A stretch of DNA of 64,000 bases from Octopus vulgaris (taxonomy: Eukaryota). The notes below the pieces were generated by a model. It was not told where the DNA came from, searched no databases, and saw only the letters and a program-made list of their open reading frames with translations. Shown here in pieces: positions 50,906 to 63,948 of this stretch. Within the stretch, counting starts at the first letter, position 1. The number at the start of each line of letters is the position of its first letter. Location: NCBI GenBank assembly GCA_951406725.2, contig OX597815.1, forward strand, positions 105,710,001-105,774,000, written 5' to 3'. The translations under genes and the position numbers were made by a program.

Positions 50906-52443
50906 GTAACTTGGGTTCTTATATCTGTCTGGCAACTAGATATTAATTATTTGTGTTTTTGTTTATATTTTGCTTTATTCAATAATATAATTTTGTTTCA
51001 TCCTAGCTCAGGTTTTGGTTTAAGTCTCTCATTGAACTAAAGTCAATTTAACCTTATAAATTGTCCCTGCTCACTTGTTACCTTGTGTCAAGCACCTACT
51101 TCCTAGAGTCCATGCTAAAAATGGAACCATATTGACCTTCACTAATCTGGGAGACTGCAATGGCAATGAGCACTACTTCATCTACTTTGGGCCAAATAAT
51201 TTTATCACTTAAATCAACTAGACACTAGTGGCACAAGTTATATTTCATAAACAATTGGTATGAGAAAAGCCAATTTACCAACAAATATTCTTGCTGCTGT
51301 CATCACTGTCGTTTCACCACCATCTTCTCTCTTTTCCAATTGCAGTAGCCATGTATCTCCTCTGCAGCAAGACTCCTGTTCCTCTATCTATCATAAATTA
51401 ACTTCTCATCACCTGGCACATAGTCACCTTCAGCAAGCACTACCATACCCCCATCCTTCAGTTATGGGCTCTTGTCTTGCAAGTTTCTTGGAGAACTCAC
51501 TAGTGCTGGTGCTATATAAATCATACCCAGTATACTCTGTAACGTAGTTGGTGTTAGGAAGGGCATCCAGTTTGGTGCAGCTCTCTTGATTGCCAGCTTC
51601 TGTCAAACCATTTATTGTGTGCCAGTATGAAAAAACAAGCATTAAATTATGATTGCATACACTCAGCAACATTTTTCCTTCCTTTCACTAATCTCTCTGT
51701 TATGTAAATGCCAAATGTTTAAACACCTACAATCACTTCAAACTTACACAACTGAGCTATCCACCTATGCTTTGATTTGGCTTTCATCTCTTGACTTAGA
51801 AGCCTCCTGTCAGATCATGCTATAATAGTGTGTGTTGACAGAGTTCTCACTGATCCATATTGTCATCTCTGGTGTACTACAAACCTTGACAGTATACCCC
51901 ACCCTCTTTCTCAAACTGCTTATTGTCATCTCTTACAATACTCACTTGCTCAACACCTTGATACATCAAGTCAAATCTACATTGCTTCCATGAACAGAGA
52001 TCCCCAAAATATCCTCTAATGGGGACATAACAATCTTGTCTCTAATAAAAAGTGCTAAAACACAATCACTAATCCAGGAACTAACTTCTACTTCATGCTC
52101 TACAGTGACTCGAAAATATCTTCCAAATCACTACAAATGTTAAACCTCAATCTCTGAGAGTCTCTCCTGGTTTCCCTTACATTCATATCATAGCTAAAAC
52201 TTTATACAACAGTTAGTCTTCTTCTTTAGTACCATAACATACATCAGTTCTGATAAACTGCTGGCTATTTACAAAGCTCAGGAAAAATTCACTTTTGAAT
52301 ACTGTTCACACATTTGTAGCAGTGCTGCTGTTTCATGCATGGACATCTTACAACCACATCCAAAAGATCATTTAATTGATAGGCAAAGATTCACTCACCA
52401 ATGGACCTCAACCTCTAACCCAAACCCATAGATACTCTGTTTA

Positions 52444-52480
<37 letters not shown>

Positions 52481-52902
52481 GTCACTGCTATAATGAACTC
52501 TGTTTCAAACTGGTTACACCTGATTTTCACCTAGGTCCATCCAAAACACTTCTATCTTGTCATATCAACCTTACGGTGCCCTCATCTACCAAGCCCATAA
52601 CTAACCAATTTTTCTTCCCTTCAACATCAGTCCTCTTGGAAATCTTTCCCGCCCACGTTTTTTACTCTTCCAGATGTCTACATACAGATGTTCAAGGTGG
52701 ATATAAACTGTATTGATCTTATCAGTCTCAGAGGAACTGTGAAGGTCATGAGTATAACTCTTTCATCCAACACACACACACACACAAATGTATATTTGTG
52801 TATGTGTGTGCGCGCTCATGCATTTGTCACTATATCTCTACCACATACTACCAACATCCCTCTATAACTACAACCTTAACATCTACAACAAAGGCCACAC
52901 AT

Positions 52903-52935
<33 letters not shown>

Positions 52936-53044
52936 AATGTATATATTGCCTTTTTATATATGTAATATATGTATGTATGTATTATATACTTTTTTCTACA
53001 TTCCATATTTGAAACATAAATAGCAGATAAATTTAATGAATGCA

Positions 53045-53337
53045 GCAAACACTAGTTGCTGCTGCAGCAACATTAGCAGTAGTAGTTGTGGTAGCAGCAG
53101 TAGTAGTGGTAGAGTAATGCAAGTGGTGGTGGTGGTGGTGGTGGTGGTATTAGTAGCAGTTGTCAGTTGTTGTTGTTGTAGTAACGATTGGAATAGAATC
53201 AGCATTAGTTGAAAGGAAGAAGCTGTACCAGCAGTAGTGCTTGTGGTAGTGGTGGTGATAGTATTGGTAGTAGTGGAGGCAGTAGTAGTGATGGGGATGG
53301 TATCAGTAATAGCTGAAAGGGAGTAGTTGCACAAGCT

Positions 53338-53369
<32 letters not shown>

Positions 53370-53470
53370 AGTAGTAGTAGTAGTAGCAGCAGCAGAAATC
53401 ATAGTACCACCAAGGGTAGTAGTGTTATTATTAGTAGTATTAGTAATAGTAACAGTAATTGTGATAGCAG
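53045..53470 (+). repeat. (GTA/GTG/GCA)n trinucleotide low-complexity tract; similar tracts at 50400-50590, 58150-58547 and 60878-60946
   Basis: Seen directly. These tracts produce the poly-T/H/L/D ORFs in the track. Confidence 0.85.
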
Positions 53471-54059
53471 AAATGACAGTGTAAAAGGTGTGTGGTGGTG
53501 TGGGATTTGAAAGTGTGGAAGAGAAATCACGAAATGACATGAGTGATTTAGGAAGAAGCATGCCAGCTAAAGTAGATGTATAAAAGGCATAAAGAAAAAT
53601 AAAAAAAAAATTGAGAAAAAAATATATATATATATATATATATATAAATAATTTTTTAAATATCAATATATAAAATGTATGTAAAAAAAGAAAACAATAA
53701 AAATAACCAAATGATACAATCTGCAATAATATTGATTTTTTTTACCAACTGAAATCCAGTTTGATGGTAATAAAAGCCATACCGACTTCCTTCTAGTGTT
53801 ATTTTGGGGAAAGCAATGTGATTTAGCTGTTCAGACGAGTAATATGAGTTAGAAGCAATTACTACTCACCTAAAATATGTCGATTGTTACTCCTATTGAT
53901 ATTGTTCCAACTTTGTCACCCTACTCGTTATAGTCGTCTTTATCGGAAGAGAGGGCAACAGACGGGCAAAACTTTTACCAATATTGCGATATGTACATAT
54001 TTATGTACATACATACACATATGTGTATATACATATGTATTTATATATATGTGTGTGTT

Positions 54060-54110
<51 letters not shown>

Positions 54111-55439
54111 GCACACACACACACATACAATCGTAAATATATGTATGTATAGGTGCAGGTGTGGCTGTGTAGTAAGAACCTTGCTTCTCAACCACATGGT
54201 TCTAGGTTCAGTCTTACTGCATGGCAGCTTGGGCCAGTGTCTTCTACTATAGCCTCGGGCTGATCAGAGCCTTTGTGTCTATGTATTTCCCCCTCCACTG
54301 CTTGACAACCAGCGTTGGTGTGTTTACGTTCATAACTTAGTGGTTCAGCAAAAGAGACCAGGCTTTAAAAAAAAATTAAGTACTGGTGGGGGGGGGGGGG
54401 GCAATTCACTCAACTAAAAATTCTTCAAGGTGGTGCCCCAGCATGACCACAGTCTAATGACTGAAACAAATAATATATACACACACACACATATTAATAT
54501 ATTTATATATACATACACACATACACCCACACACGTGTGTGTATGTATCTTACTTCATTAGTTTATTTAATGATTTTTTTTTCTAAGATGTTAATTATGC
54601 TGTTAATTATGTGATATACTACATTAATAATGAATTGATTATTGTTACTTTATTTGTTGTCAGAAGGGAATGTCGTTGTGTTAATGAGTTATTGGAGGAC
54701 TGATGACTGGTGTACAACAGGTTTGTACCCAGTCATCCATATTATACTTCACTGTATGTCCCTGAATGTCTCTATTTACCAATAATAAGGAGAACTCCTC
54801 AAAAAAACTATAATCAATGAATGCTTTGTTATAAAGTGTGGCTGAGCTCAAATAATCTAATGTGTAATATGCGTGACAGATATGTGTCTTAGTCACTTTG
54901 AAAACTCAGTGGCTGAATAGGTAGATTAATAAACAAGTGGAGTTTTGGGTTGGTAGTGGATGGGATTTGTGTGAGCTGTTAGAAAGATAGGCATTTGATT
55001 GGATGCATGGATGTGCATATGCATTTCATTGATAGGGGGATTAAGAACAACATGCATGACAGGAGACAAGAAGAGATATTAGCATCTGGAAAGTTATGAT
55101 ATTAAAAGCATGCTGTGTTTGCTTTCTGCTGATATGGTATGCCAATCTAGCTTGTGTAGCTAAAAACAGTAGGTATCAAATCTAGTCTACAGTCAAATAC
55201 ATATAAATAACAACTATTTGTGTCTCTTATATGAGGTATTGAGGTAAACACATATGTGTTTATTATAAATAATAAACTAAGTAAACAAACATAGACTAAC
55301 TGAAGTGTCTATTATTATTCAATATCTTGATAAAACATGTGAAAATATACATGGCAATTTAGTTTCCTTCAATTATACATTACCTGACTATTGCATATAT
55401 AAAACAACAGTCTAAAACAATAACATCTTGCCTAAACAA

Positions 55440-55710
55440 GTACAACTCATGATTAAAATCCCCAAATCATTACTAAGGCTAGGCCTTGCAATCTCTGATC
55501 TCTCGTAGCAACTTTGCATTAAATAGTTTGCTAATATTTTATACAAAAAGCTAGGTTTACCCTTAAGGACCAGAAAATACTTAAGCTTCGATCAGTTTGC
55601 TGACTCAACACAAATTTGAAGACCCATATTTGAGTACTTCCCACATATTCAGGATTCTGCTACTACTCAAATATCTTGGATAGCATCCAAAAGAAGGCTA
55701 TTCAACACAT
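55440..55710 (+). mobile_element. Decayed Jockey/CR1-like RT C-terminal remnant (similar remnants at about 51850-52720(+) and 26030-26300(-))
   Basis: Reads RPIFEYFPHI and LDSIQKKAI, resembling the RPxLEY...LDxIQxRA motif. Confidence 0.4.
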
Positions 55711-56903
55711 TGCCAAAGATTCACTCCCTAACTCATGAGAACTACTGGTTCATAGGTGTGCTTTTTCTTCCCTTTGCTATCACTTCCACCATGGCTGTTA
55801 TGACTTCAGTTCCTCTGAATTTGCAAGCTATGTACCATTTCTACCTAGGTCCACCCAACACATCTATCTCTCTCCCTCTTATCACCTCTACTCTACCTCA
55901 TCTCCTTCACCCCCTCTTCACCATCTCCTCTCTTTTTCCAACAGGTGAAACCATGTAATATTTCACCAGTCATTCACCTACATAGCACTGGAATAGCTTC
56001 TCATCCTGCTTGTATTATTCCCTATAGAGATTCCAGCTGAACACCCCCTACATTGAAATCACTAGTATGAAGAGAGTATGAAAGAGATGAGGAGAGAAAA
56101 TTTCATGGATCATTTTTAGTTTCTAATAATTGTTTAATTTTCTGCTTGTAAAACCTCTTCGACTTCCTTTGTTTACATTCCCTCTTTTGTGATATATTTC
56201 ACCTTTTGCAGAAATTAAGATCTAGATCTATTATATTACATTTGCTATGATTGCTTTCCAAAAATGAATATCTATTTTCTAGTGAATGTCACTTTAAAAT
56301 CCACTTATGACTACAATTCTAGGGTCCTGCTAGAAGGAAGTGCTAACTAGGTTCTGGGTACCTTTAGCGAAATTCATTTTGTTCCCTCCCAAAGTTTTTT
56401 TTTTTTTTCCTGTAGACCTTGATCTACAGATGTTCAGCTGGGTAAGTATGTATTTTACAAAGGTGGATGGCTGTGTGTGGCTCAGGCTAAACACCAACTA
56501 CATTAGCCTCACTGATGAAAGGACTCTGACAAACCTAAATGATTGATTAATTAAACAATGACTTAATTGATTAAATGGTTAACTAGTTGAAAATAATAAT
56601 AAAAGAACTGCATGGATTTATTATTAGTACACAAGATATAACAAAATTTGTTTGAACACTCCAGTTCACATCAAGAATCTTGCAAACCAAATTAAAAAAT
56701 GAAGAAAAAACAAAGCTGCATGATTAATAATTAAAGAATTCTTCCACTATAATTCTCAAGAGACAACATTGTGAAACAATATCTATTAAAACTATTTCAT
56801 AATTTTTTCATATGCACTTTATTCTTAAATAGTTTGCCTGTCCTATTGAAATTCAATTTCTCTAATGTCATGTGATAGAAGTTTACATAATTTGATGTTG
56901 CAG

Positions 56904-57016
56904 ATGAAGTTCGGACTCTGGCTGGTAGACTAAACACACTGCAGAATGAATTGGATGACAGTGAACAAAAGGTTAAAACTTTATCTGCCAATTATGAATC
57001 TGTCATTAAAGAAAAG
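56904..57016 (+). CDS. CCDC171: CCDC171-like exon (DEVRTLAGRLNTLQNELDDSEQKVKTLSANYESVIKEK)
   Basis: ttgcAG acceptor at 56902-03 and AAG/GTAATT donor at 57017. Phase 1 in matches the previous exon, there are no stops, and the composition is coiled-coil. Too short to appear in the ORF track. Confidence 0.8.
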
Positions 57017-57404
57017 GTAATTTTCCATATTCAAGTTAATTACTTCTTGGATGTTGACCTAAAAAAAATAGTTAATTTACTTTTGCTTTTTCTTTTAAAT
57101 TAAGCAGCTGTCGTTATCATCATCATCATCATCATCATTGTTATTTTAACAGGCACTGTTATCAGCATTACCATCATCAACCTTTAAAATATGGTTTGTC
57201 AATTTTTTTTTTTTTAATGACTTATCCTGAATGACACGGCTGTACCCATGAGCTTTGCTGACCCACTGAGACTGATGAAACAGGTGCATCTGAAGTTTCT
57301 CTTGAACAGCTGCAACTTGATGACTGCCATAGCATCATTTGCTGTTAAATATTATACAAAGTTGTTAAAAAACCTTAGCTGTGTGTGTATATATGCATAT
57401 GATA

Positions 57405-57596
57405 GATCGTTTGCTCCTACACGCATTTTTTTCTCTCCTTGTTTTTTTCTGTGTATCTTTCTGTCGAAGAGCATAGGCTCGAAACGTAAAAGACTTTTTC
57501 TATTTCTATTCCTGAGCACTATACTAATACATTTGTTTGTTTGTACTCCACCTGCTTTCGTCTTTTGTTTATTTTCGTAAACTTTCCCGTTATATA
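57405..57596 (+). repeat. Penelope-like pseudo-LTR remnant with hammerhead-like motif
   Basis: tctttctg-TCGAAGA-gcataggctc-GAAAC-GTA-aaaga. Paralog at 16559-16712. Confidence 0.55.
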
Positions 57597-58458
57597 TGTT
57601 TATATGTATCTATCTATTAACTAAACTTGTCTCCTCTCATTAACATACATCACTATTCCAAAACCTTGAGTCATACAATATACATTGTTTCTTTCTCCTT
57701 GGAACCATATCAATCTAAAATACTCTATGTCTTTAGAGAGCATGTATCAATTTCTTTCGACTGTATCCCTTTACTACCATATTTTTGCTTGAAAGTCATC
57801 ATAAAATTCGGTATCTTGGGACTGTATCCCTTTGATCATTTTTGTCCAAAAACCTGCATATAGCCCCATATTTTAGAACTATGTCCTTTTAATCATTCTA
57901 GCCTGGAAACCTGCATAAATTCTCATGTTAAGAATTGTCAGTACACAGTTTAAAAACCGAGACTATGCTATACATGAATCTTCTTGAGTTTTATCTTGCC
58001 ATTTGTTATCTTCTCCCCATCAGTTGTGTGTCTGCTTTACTGTTCCACATTGGTTAAATATTGATTATATGATTGTAATAGCTTGTCATTTCAGTTGAGT
58101 AGAAAAGAATGTTGAGCTTGTGAAATTTAGTGTAGACTTCTTTACTGATAATAATAGTGGTGGTAGAGGTGGTGACATTGATGATAGTGATGATGATGGC
58201 AATGATGATAAGAAGTGTAGTATTATGATAGTGATGATAAAGATTGACAATCCTGATTATAAAGATCCCAACAAAGAGGAAGGTAGTAGTAGCAGTGGTG
58301 ATTATGGTGGTAAAGTAATCAGGATGATGAGGATGACAGTGATCATGATTACAAGCACTGATTATACCAATGATGATGGTGGAACTGTTGCTGTTGACAC
58401 TGTAGTAGTAGGAAGAGTACTACTTTTATACTGCTCTTTTACTGATTTATCCAATATA

Positions 58459-58507
<49 letters not shown>

Positions 58508-58547
58508 CATTATGATTATTATTATTATTATCATTATTATTATTATT

Positions 58548-59272
58548 TACTTCTAATCTATATATTTGTTACAGTCACCTGCCAAGACATACCCAGAGCC
58601 TTGGGGCGAGTGAAGGATAAGAGATGTTACAATATGACTGAAAGCTTGGGGTGAGGGGAGTAACGAAATATCTTCTTGTAATACAACACAGACATTTAAA
58701 TGGATAGGGTTTTTCTAAGGATGTTGGCAGTACTTGTCAGTACAATCTTTTGGATTTCTCTGAGACATGGTTCTCTTGGGATCTTATCTAGATGTTTCTG
58801 AAATTCCTTTTTTATTATACCTAGGGCACCTACAATAACAGGAACAGTTATTGTTTTAAGATGCCACATCTTTTGTATTTCAATTTCTAGGTCCTTATAT
58901 TTACTTAGTTTGTCAAATTCCTTTACAGATATATTTTTATCAGTGGAAACACATCTGTTAGTCTACGTGTATTTTCTTCCCTGTCTTTAATGATTATCTC
59001 TGATCAATTAGCCCGGATCATTTTGTCAGTGTTGAGTGGAAAATCCCAAAGGATGGTGACATTTTTACCTTCAACAACTGGCTCAAGATGATGTTCATAC
59101 CAGTAAGTAGGAGTGCTGATTTTGTAGTATTTACATATTTTGCATTGTAAATACATATTTTCCAATGTCCTACCCTATCATGATGATTTTTGTATTCGTT
59201 TGGTGTCAGCACAGGACATCCCAAGACAAGATGGTCTATTGTTTCATCAAATGTGTCACAGAATCTGCATAT
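58548..59272 (-). mobile_element. R4/Dong-like non-LTR retrotransposon 3' fragment (CCHC finger plus restriction-like endonuclease), decayed
   Basis: Minus strand reads CRFCDTFDETIDHLVLGCPVL...HDRV, ILWDF and KEFDKLSKYKDLEIEIQKMWHLKT...PVIVGALG. The 3' end abuts (TTA)n at 58460-58547. Confidence 0.85.
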
Positions 59273-59425
59273 ATCATCATCATTGTTTAACATCCATCTT
59301 TCATGCATGCATGGGTAAGACAAATGACAGGAGCTGGCCAGGTAGAAAAACTACCCTAGGCTACTGTGTCTGTTTTGGCAGGGATTTTACGGCTGGATGC
59401 CCTTCTTAACACCAACCACTCCACA

Positions 59426-60122
59426 GTAAATGTAATGACAAACAAGTTAGGCAAGTCGATTTACACAAAATATTAGATACATTTAATAGAAAAATAGTAC
59501 ATGTGTATGGATATAAAGTAGTCCAACTTACAGAATATAAATGATATCAGAAATTAAATCATTAGTCTTCTGTAGTAGGAGTTCCATGTATATATCCCTT
59601 TTTGGGATAAGGATATTTTTTGTAGACATGCCTGAGAATTGCTTATCTATGAGTGTTATCTATAGGCAGCACTCTGTCGAGCAAAAGGTATATAGTTTAT
59701 AGGTTAGAGACAGGTGTTCTCTATATAGAATACACTTTGAAGTGCTCAAGAGATTTGAACTTGAGCTGATAGATGAGTAAATGTAATGACAAGCAAGTTA
59801 GGCAAGTTGATTTACACAGAATAGTCCTTGGGCATATCTACAAAAAATATCCCAATCCCACCAAGATATATATACATGGAACTCCTACTATAGAAGACTA
59901 ATGATTTAACTTCTGATATCATTTATATTCTGTAAGTCGAAATATTTTTATTTCCATATGGATGTACATTGTTTCTATTAAATGTATTTAATATTTTGTG
60001 TAAATCGATTTGCCTAACTTGTTTGTCATTACATTTACTCGTCTACCAGCTGAAGTTCAAATCTTTTGAGCACTTCGAAGTGTATTCTATATAGAGAATA
60101 CCTGTCTCCAATCTGTAAACTG

Positions 60123-60125
<3 letters not shown>
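59426..60125. repeat. Compound fold-back: two direct partial copies and one inverted copy of a unit of about 300 bp
   Basis: 59426-59635 is inverted at 59827-60040. 59691-59820 is inverted at about 59990-60125. gtaaatgtaatgacaa.caagttaggcaagt occurs at both 59426 and 59777. Confidence 0.85.
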
Positions 60126-60156
<31 letters not shown>

Positions 60157-60903
60157 GATATAAATATAAGAATAAAAATACAACACACAAAAAAAAGAGC
60201 AGCCCACCTATACACAAATGTGAAGCTACTACCAGGTTTCATCAGAGTACCTCTGATCCTAATACTTTCTGCTTCTATTTACTTGGGAACTATGTATCCA
60301 ATATGTTCAATCCAAAAGTACCCTTGAACAACTCAGGTCATAGAGTAGACAAGAAAGAGCCTACATTATTCTGGAAGCTATCATCATGATCATCATCATC
60401 AGTATAACTTTTCATACACTTTAATAATCATTCTTATTAGCAGTCTATTGTGTATATTTTATACATTTAAAGCCCATCTCCTTCTCAATCTATATTTCAT
60501 CTTTTCTTTCTTCTCTTTATATATCATTCACCATGTCCCACAGTCTCTTGTTGGTTATTAGGATGATTGTCAAGTTTATACAGTTTAAGAAAGAAATGAA
60601 CTTTTCTTCATGTGCCTTATACCTTTTCTGCTTAGGCTCACTTTTTTGGAGAGTAGTTATGGAGTATTTTTTTCTCACAGTTCCCTATGGTTTGCCACCC
60701 ATGTCCATCCTCCATTGCCTTCCCATCATTGCAAGATGATATATAGTGTTACTGGTTACTGCCTTGGCAAAGGGGACCCCTGTCCATTTGTTCCTTGCAC
60801 TATGAAATGAGTCAGTTTCTTTCATTATTTTCCTAGTTGCAACCAGTGGTGGTACTTTTGGAAACAATAACTTCTAGTTGTAGTAGTAGTAGTGGTAGTA
60901 GTG

Positions 60904-60945
<42 letters not shown>

Positions 60946-60947
60946 AT

Positions 60948-61593
60948 GATTATCATCTTCATTTGACATCCACTTTCCATTCTGGAATGGGTTATATGGT
61001 TTGACTGGAACTGGTAAGCCAGAGGGCTGCACCAGGTCCCAGTCTTACTTGGCATGGTTTTTGCAGTTTGATGCCAACCAGTCCAAGAGTGTAATAGGTA
61101 CTTTTTATGTGCCACTGGCATGAATGCTTTTTATGTACCACCAACACAAGTGTCATTTATATGATACCAGCATCAGCCACAACTATGATTTCATGGGTGC
61201 ATCTATATGATACTAGCAACGGTCATGACTATGGGTTCACTTGGCTTAACAAGTCTTCTTAGGCACCGCATATCCCCAAAGGTCTCAGTCACTTGTCATT
61301 GCTTCTGCAAGGCCCAACATTTGGAGATCATGCTACCAGCTACGACCACAACTACAATTTCATGGATGCCATTTTCGTGACACCTGCAACGGCCACAACT
61401 ATGATTTCACTTTGGCTTGGCAAGTCTTCTCAAGCACAGTATATCATCAAAGGTTTCAGCCACTTGTGATTGCTTCCATGAGGCCCAACATTCAAAGATC
61501 GTGCTTCACCATCTCATCCTATGTCTTCCTGACTCTGTCTCTTCCACAGGTTCCCTCCACAGTTAGAGAGCAGCACTTCTTTACACAGCTGTC
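60948..61593 (-). mobile_element. RTE LINE 3' fragment with internal duplication
   Basis: 3' UTR motifs plus ccacaggttccctccacagttag. The segment ttggc...aagtcttct...aaaggt...aggcccaacatt occurs twice, at about 61240 and 61412. Confidence 0.85.
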
Positions 61594-61609
61594 ATAATAA
61601 TAATAATAA

Positions 61610-61888
61610 TATTTTCTACTATAGGGACAAGGCCTGGATTTTATGGGGAGGGGAACAGTCAATCACATCAACCCCAGTGTTTCACTGGTACTTAATTTAT
61701 CAATCCCAAAAGGATGAATGGCAAAGTCAACCTCAGCAGAATTTGAACTCAGAACATAGCAACAGACAAAATACAGCTAAGCATTTCGCCTGGCAGGGTA
61801 TTGATTCTGCTAGCTCACCACCTTATGTAATAATAATAATAACAATAATAATAATAATAATAATAACAATAATAATAATAATAATAAC

Positions 61889-61925
<37 letters not shown>

Positions 61926-62390
61926 GTTTCAAATTGTGGTACAAGGCCAGCAAATTTGGGGTGGTAGTGAGTTAATTACATTGATCCCAGTGTTCAACCA
62001 AAAGGATGAAAGGCTAAATCAACCTTGACAGAGTTTGAACTCAGAATGTAAGGATGGACAAAATGCCACTAAGCATTTTACACAGCATGCTAACAGTTCT
62101 GCCAGGTCACTGCAGCAGCAGCAGTAGCAGCAGCAGTAGTAGTAGTAGTAGTGGTAGTAGTAGTAGTAATTTCGTTTCTGATTTAGGCACAATGTAAAGC
62201 AATTTTAAGGGAAGGGGTTAGACAATGTTATCGACCTCAGTACTTGACTAGCATTTTATTTTATTGACCCCAAACAAAAAGATAAAAGGTAATGCTGACC
62301 TCAGTGGTATTTAAATTCAGAATGTAAAGAGCTGGGGAAAAAAACTGCAAGACATTGGTTGATGCTCTAACGATTCTGTGAATCCACCAT
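61610..62390 (-). repeat. Three tandemly arranged copies of SINE family C, separated by (AAT)n and (CAG/TAG)n
   Basis: aaaggatgaa.ggc.aa.tcaacct...tttgaactcagaa recurs at about 61710, 62002 and 62283. Confidence 0.7.
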
Positions 62391-63230
62391 AATTGGACAA
62401 CTGCCCAAAGTTAAAAATAAATATACATTATTTTAAATTTAGAAAACACTATTCTGAGTCATTAAGAATCTATTTAATTTGTTTTGTTAGGTTTTTTATA
62501 TTTAGAAAATGCACCAAGCACCACTACAATCTATAATATACCACAATAATTGGTCGTGTATACAGTTTCCTAGAACTATTATTTATTAGATTTATATAGA
62601 TGTTGAAATCATTTCTAGGAGGCAATTGAAAGCAGCTGTTGTTACATATAATAAAATAATAGTTCTAAGAAATATCTTACAGCACAGAAGTAATAGCAGA
62701 ATATTTTGTTAAAATCTTCAGATCTCAACCAGCAGATTGTTGCACATTTCCAGTCTATATCATTCAACAGATGGTTATGTGTAAAGCAGTGTGACAGTCA
62801 CATCATGTTGTATCTATTTTGTTATCCAGTTCACATCTGATCAAAGTGGTTGTCAGTGGGTTATCAAATAACAAACCAATGGTTTATTGCTTTTTTTTTG
62901 TTCAGTGATAACAATACATAAACATGCATGTAAGCATGTGTATGTATATGTGGTTGTTTGTGTATGTGTGTTCTTGTTTATACTACAGAATGCCTAGTCT
63001 TCAAAAACAGAGAAATTTGATTTTTACAAAAGCTCTGTTCTCATCTTTTTCTAAATATCTGTCTTGTAAACCTAAATGTCTTTAAGCATTTTTATCATTT
63101 ATACAATGATGCCAACAGTAATAATAGTTTCTACTTAGGCACCAGACCAGCAGCACTAGAAATGATAAAAACTGTTGGACTAGTGCCTTAGTTATGTCAG
63201 TCTTCATAAATGATAATAATAATAATAATA

Positions 63231-63273
<43 letters not shown>

Positions 63274-63274
<1 letters not shown>

Positions 63275-63913
63275 TTTTTTTTTTTTCTTCTTTCAAATTT
63301 TCTTCCATTTCTTGCCGAGTGTCTTCCCGACTCCTAGGGCAAAGAAACTCATAGTGTATATTGGTAGGCCATTAAACCAAACTCAGTAGTTCGTTCATTT
63401 TTTTTTTTTTTTTTTTTAAAGTTAAATTAAAATGCATGAGCAGCAACAGTTCTCACATCGACAATGCTCTTCTCAATACGTGTGATGTACCAGTTAAGAC
63501 AATCTTTGCACTTCTTGCAGGGATGGTAAGCCAGGGATCATTCTCATATAATTTTCGGTTCCCTTCTTGATCATTCCTAGTGCTCCTACGATCACTGGTA
63601 TTGTAACCGCCTTGAGATGCCACATTTTCTCAATTTCAATGAGTAGGTCTTTATATTTTCTGAGCTTGTCAAACTCTTTCGCTGAGATATTATGATCACA
63701 GGGGATGCTCATGTCGATCAATAAGCAAACTTTGTTGTTTTGGTCTTTCACAACAATATCTGGTTTATTGGCCTTGATGGTTCGGTCTGTATGTACTGGA
63801 AAGTCCCACAGAATGGTTACATTTTCTCCTTCAGTTACAGCCTCAGGGTGGTGATTATACCACTTGTCGGCAGTTTTGATATTGTAATGCCGACTTATTA
63901 GCCAGTGGAGATA
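63274..63913 (-). mobile_element. R4/Dong-like non-LTR retrotransposon, 5'-truncated, inserted in (TAA)n
   Basis: ORF 63494-63958 reads ILWDFPVHTDRTIKANKPDIVV...LLIDMSIP...KLRKYKDL, a PD-(D/E)xK RLE domain. Poly(A) then (TAA)n at the 3' end and (AAT)n at the 5' junction. Confidence 0.92.

Positions 63914-63948
<35 letters not shown>

Noticed and set aside
56505-56545. CTGATGA motif suggesting another hammerhead (also at 57272 and minus 24825)
   Set aside because: There is no properly placed GAAA box or supporting stems.
62722-62773. Possible next CCDC171-like exon (cttcag...gttatg)
   Set aside because: The phase-0 translation is not coiled-coil-like and the donor is weak.
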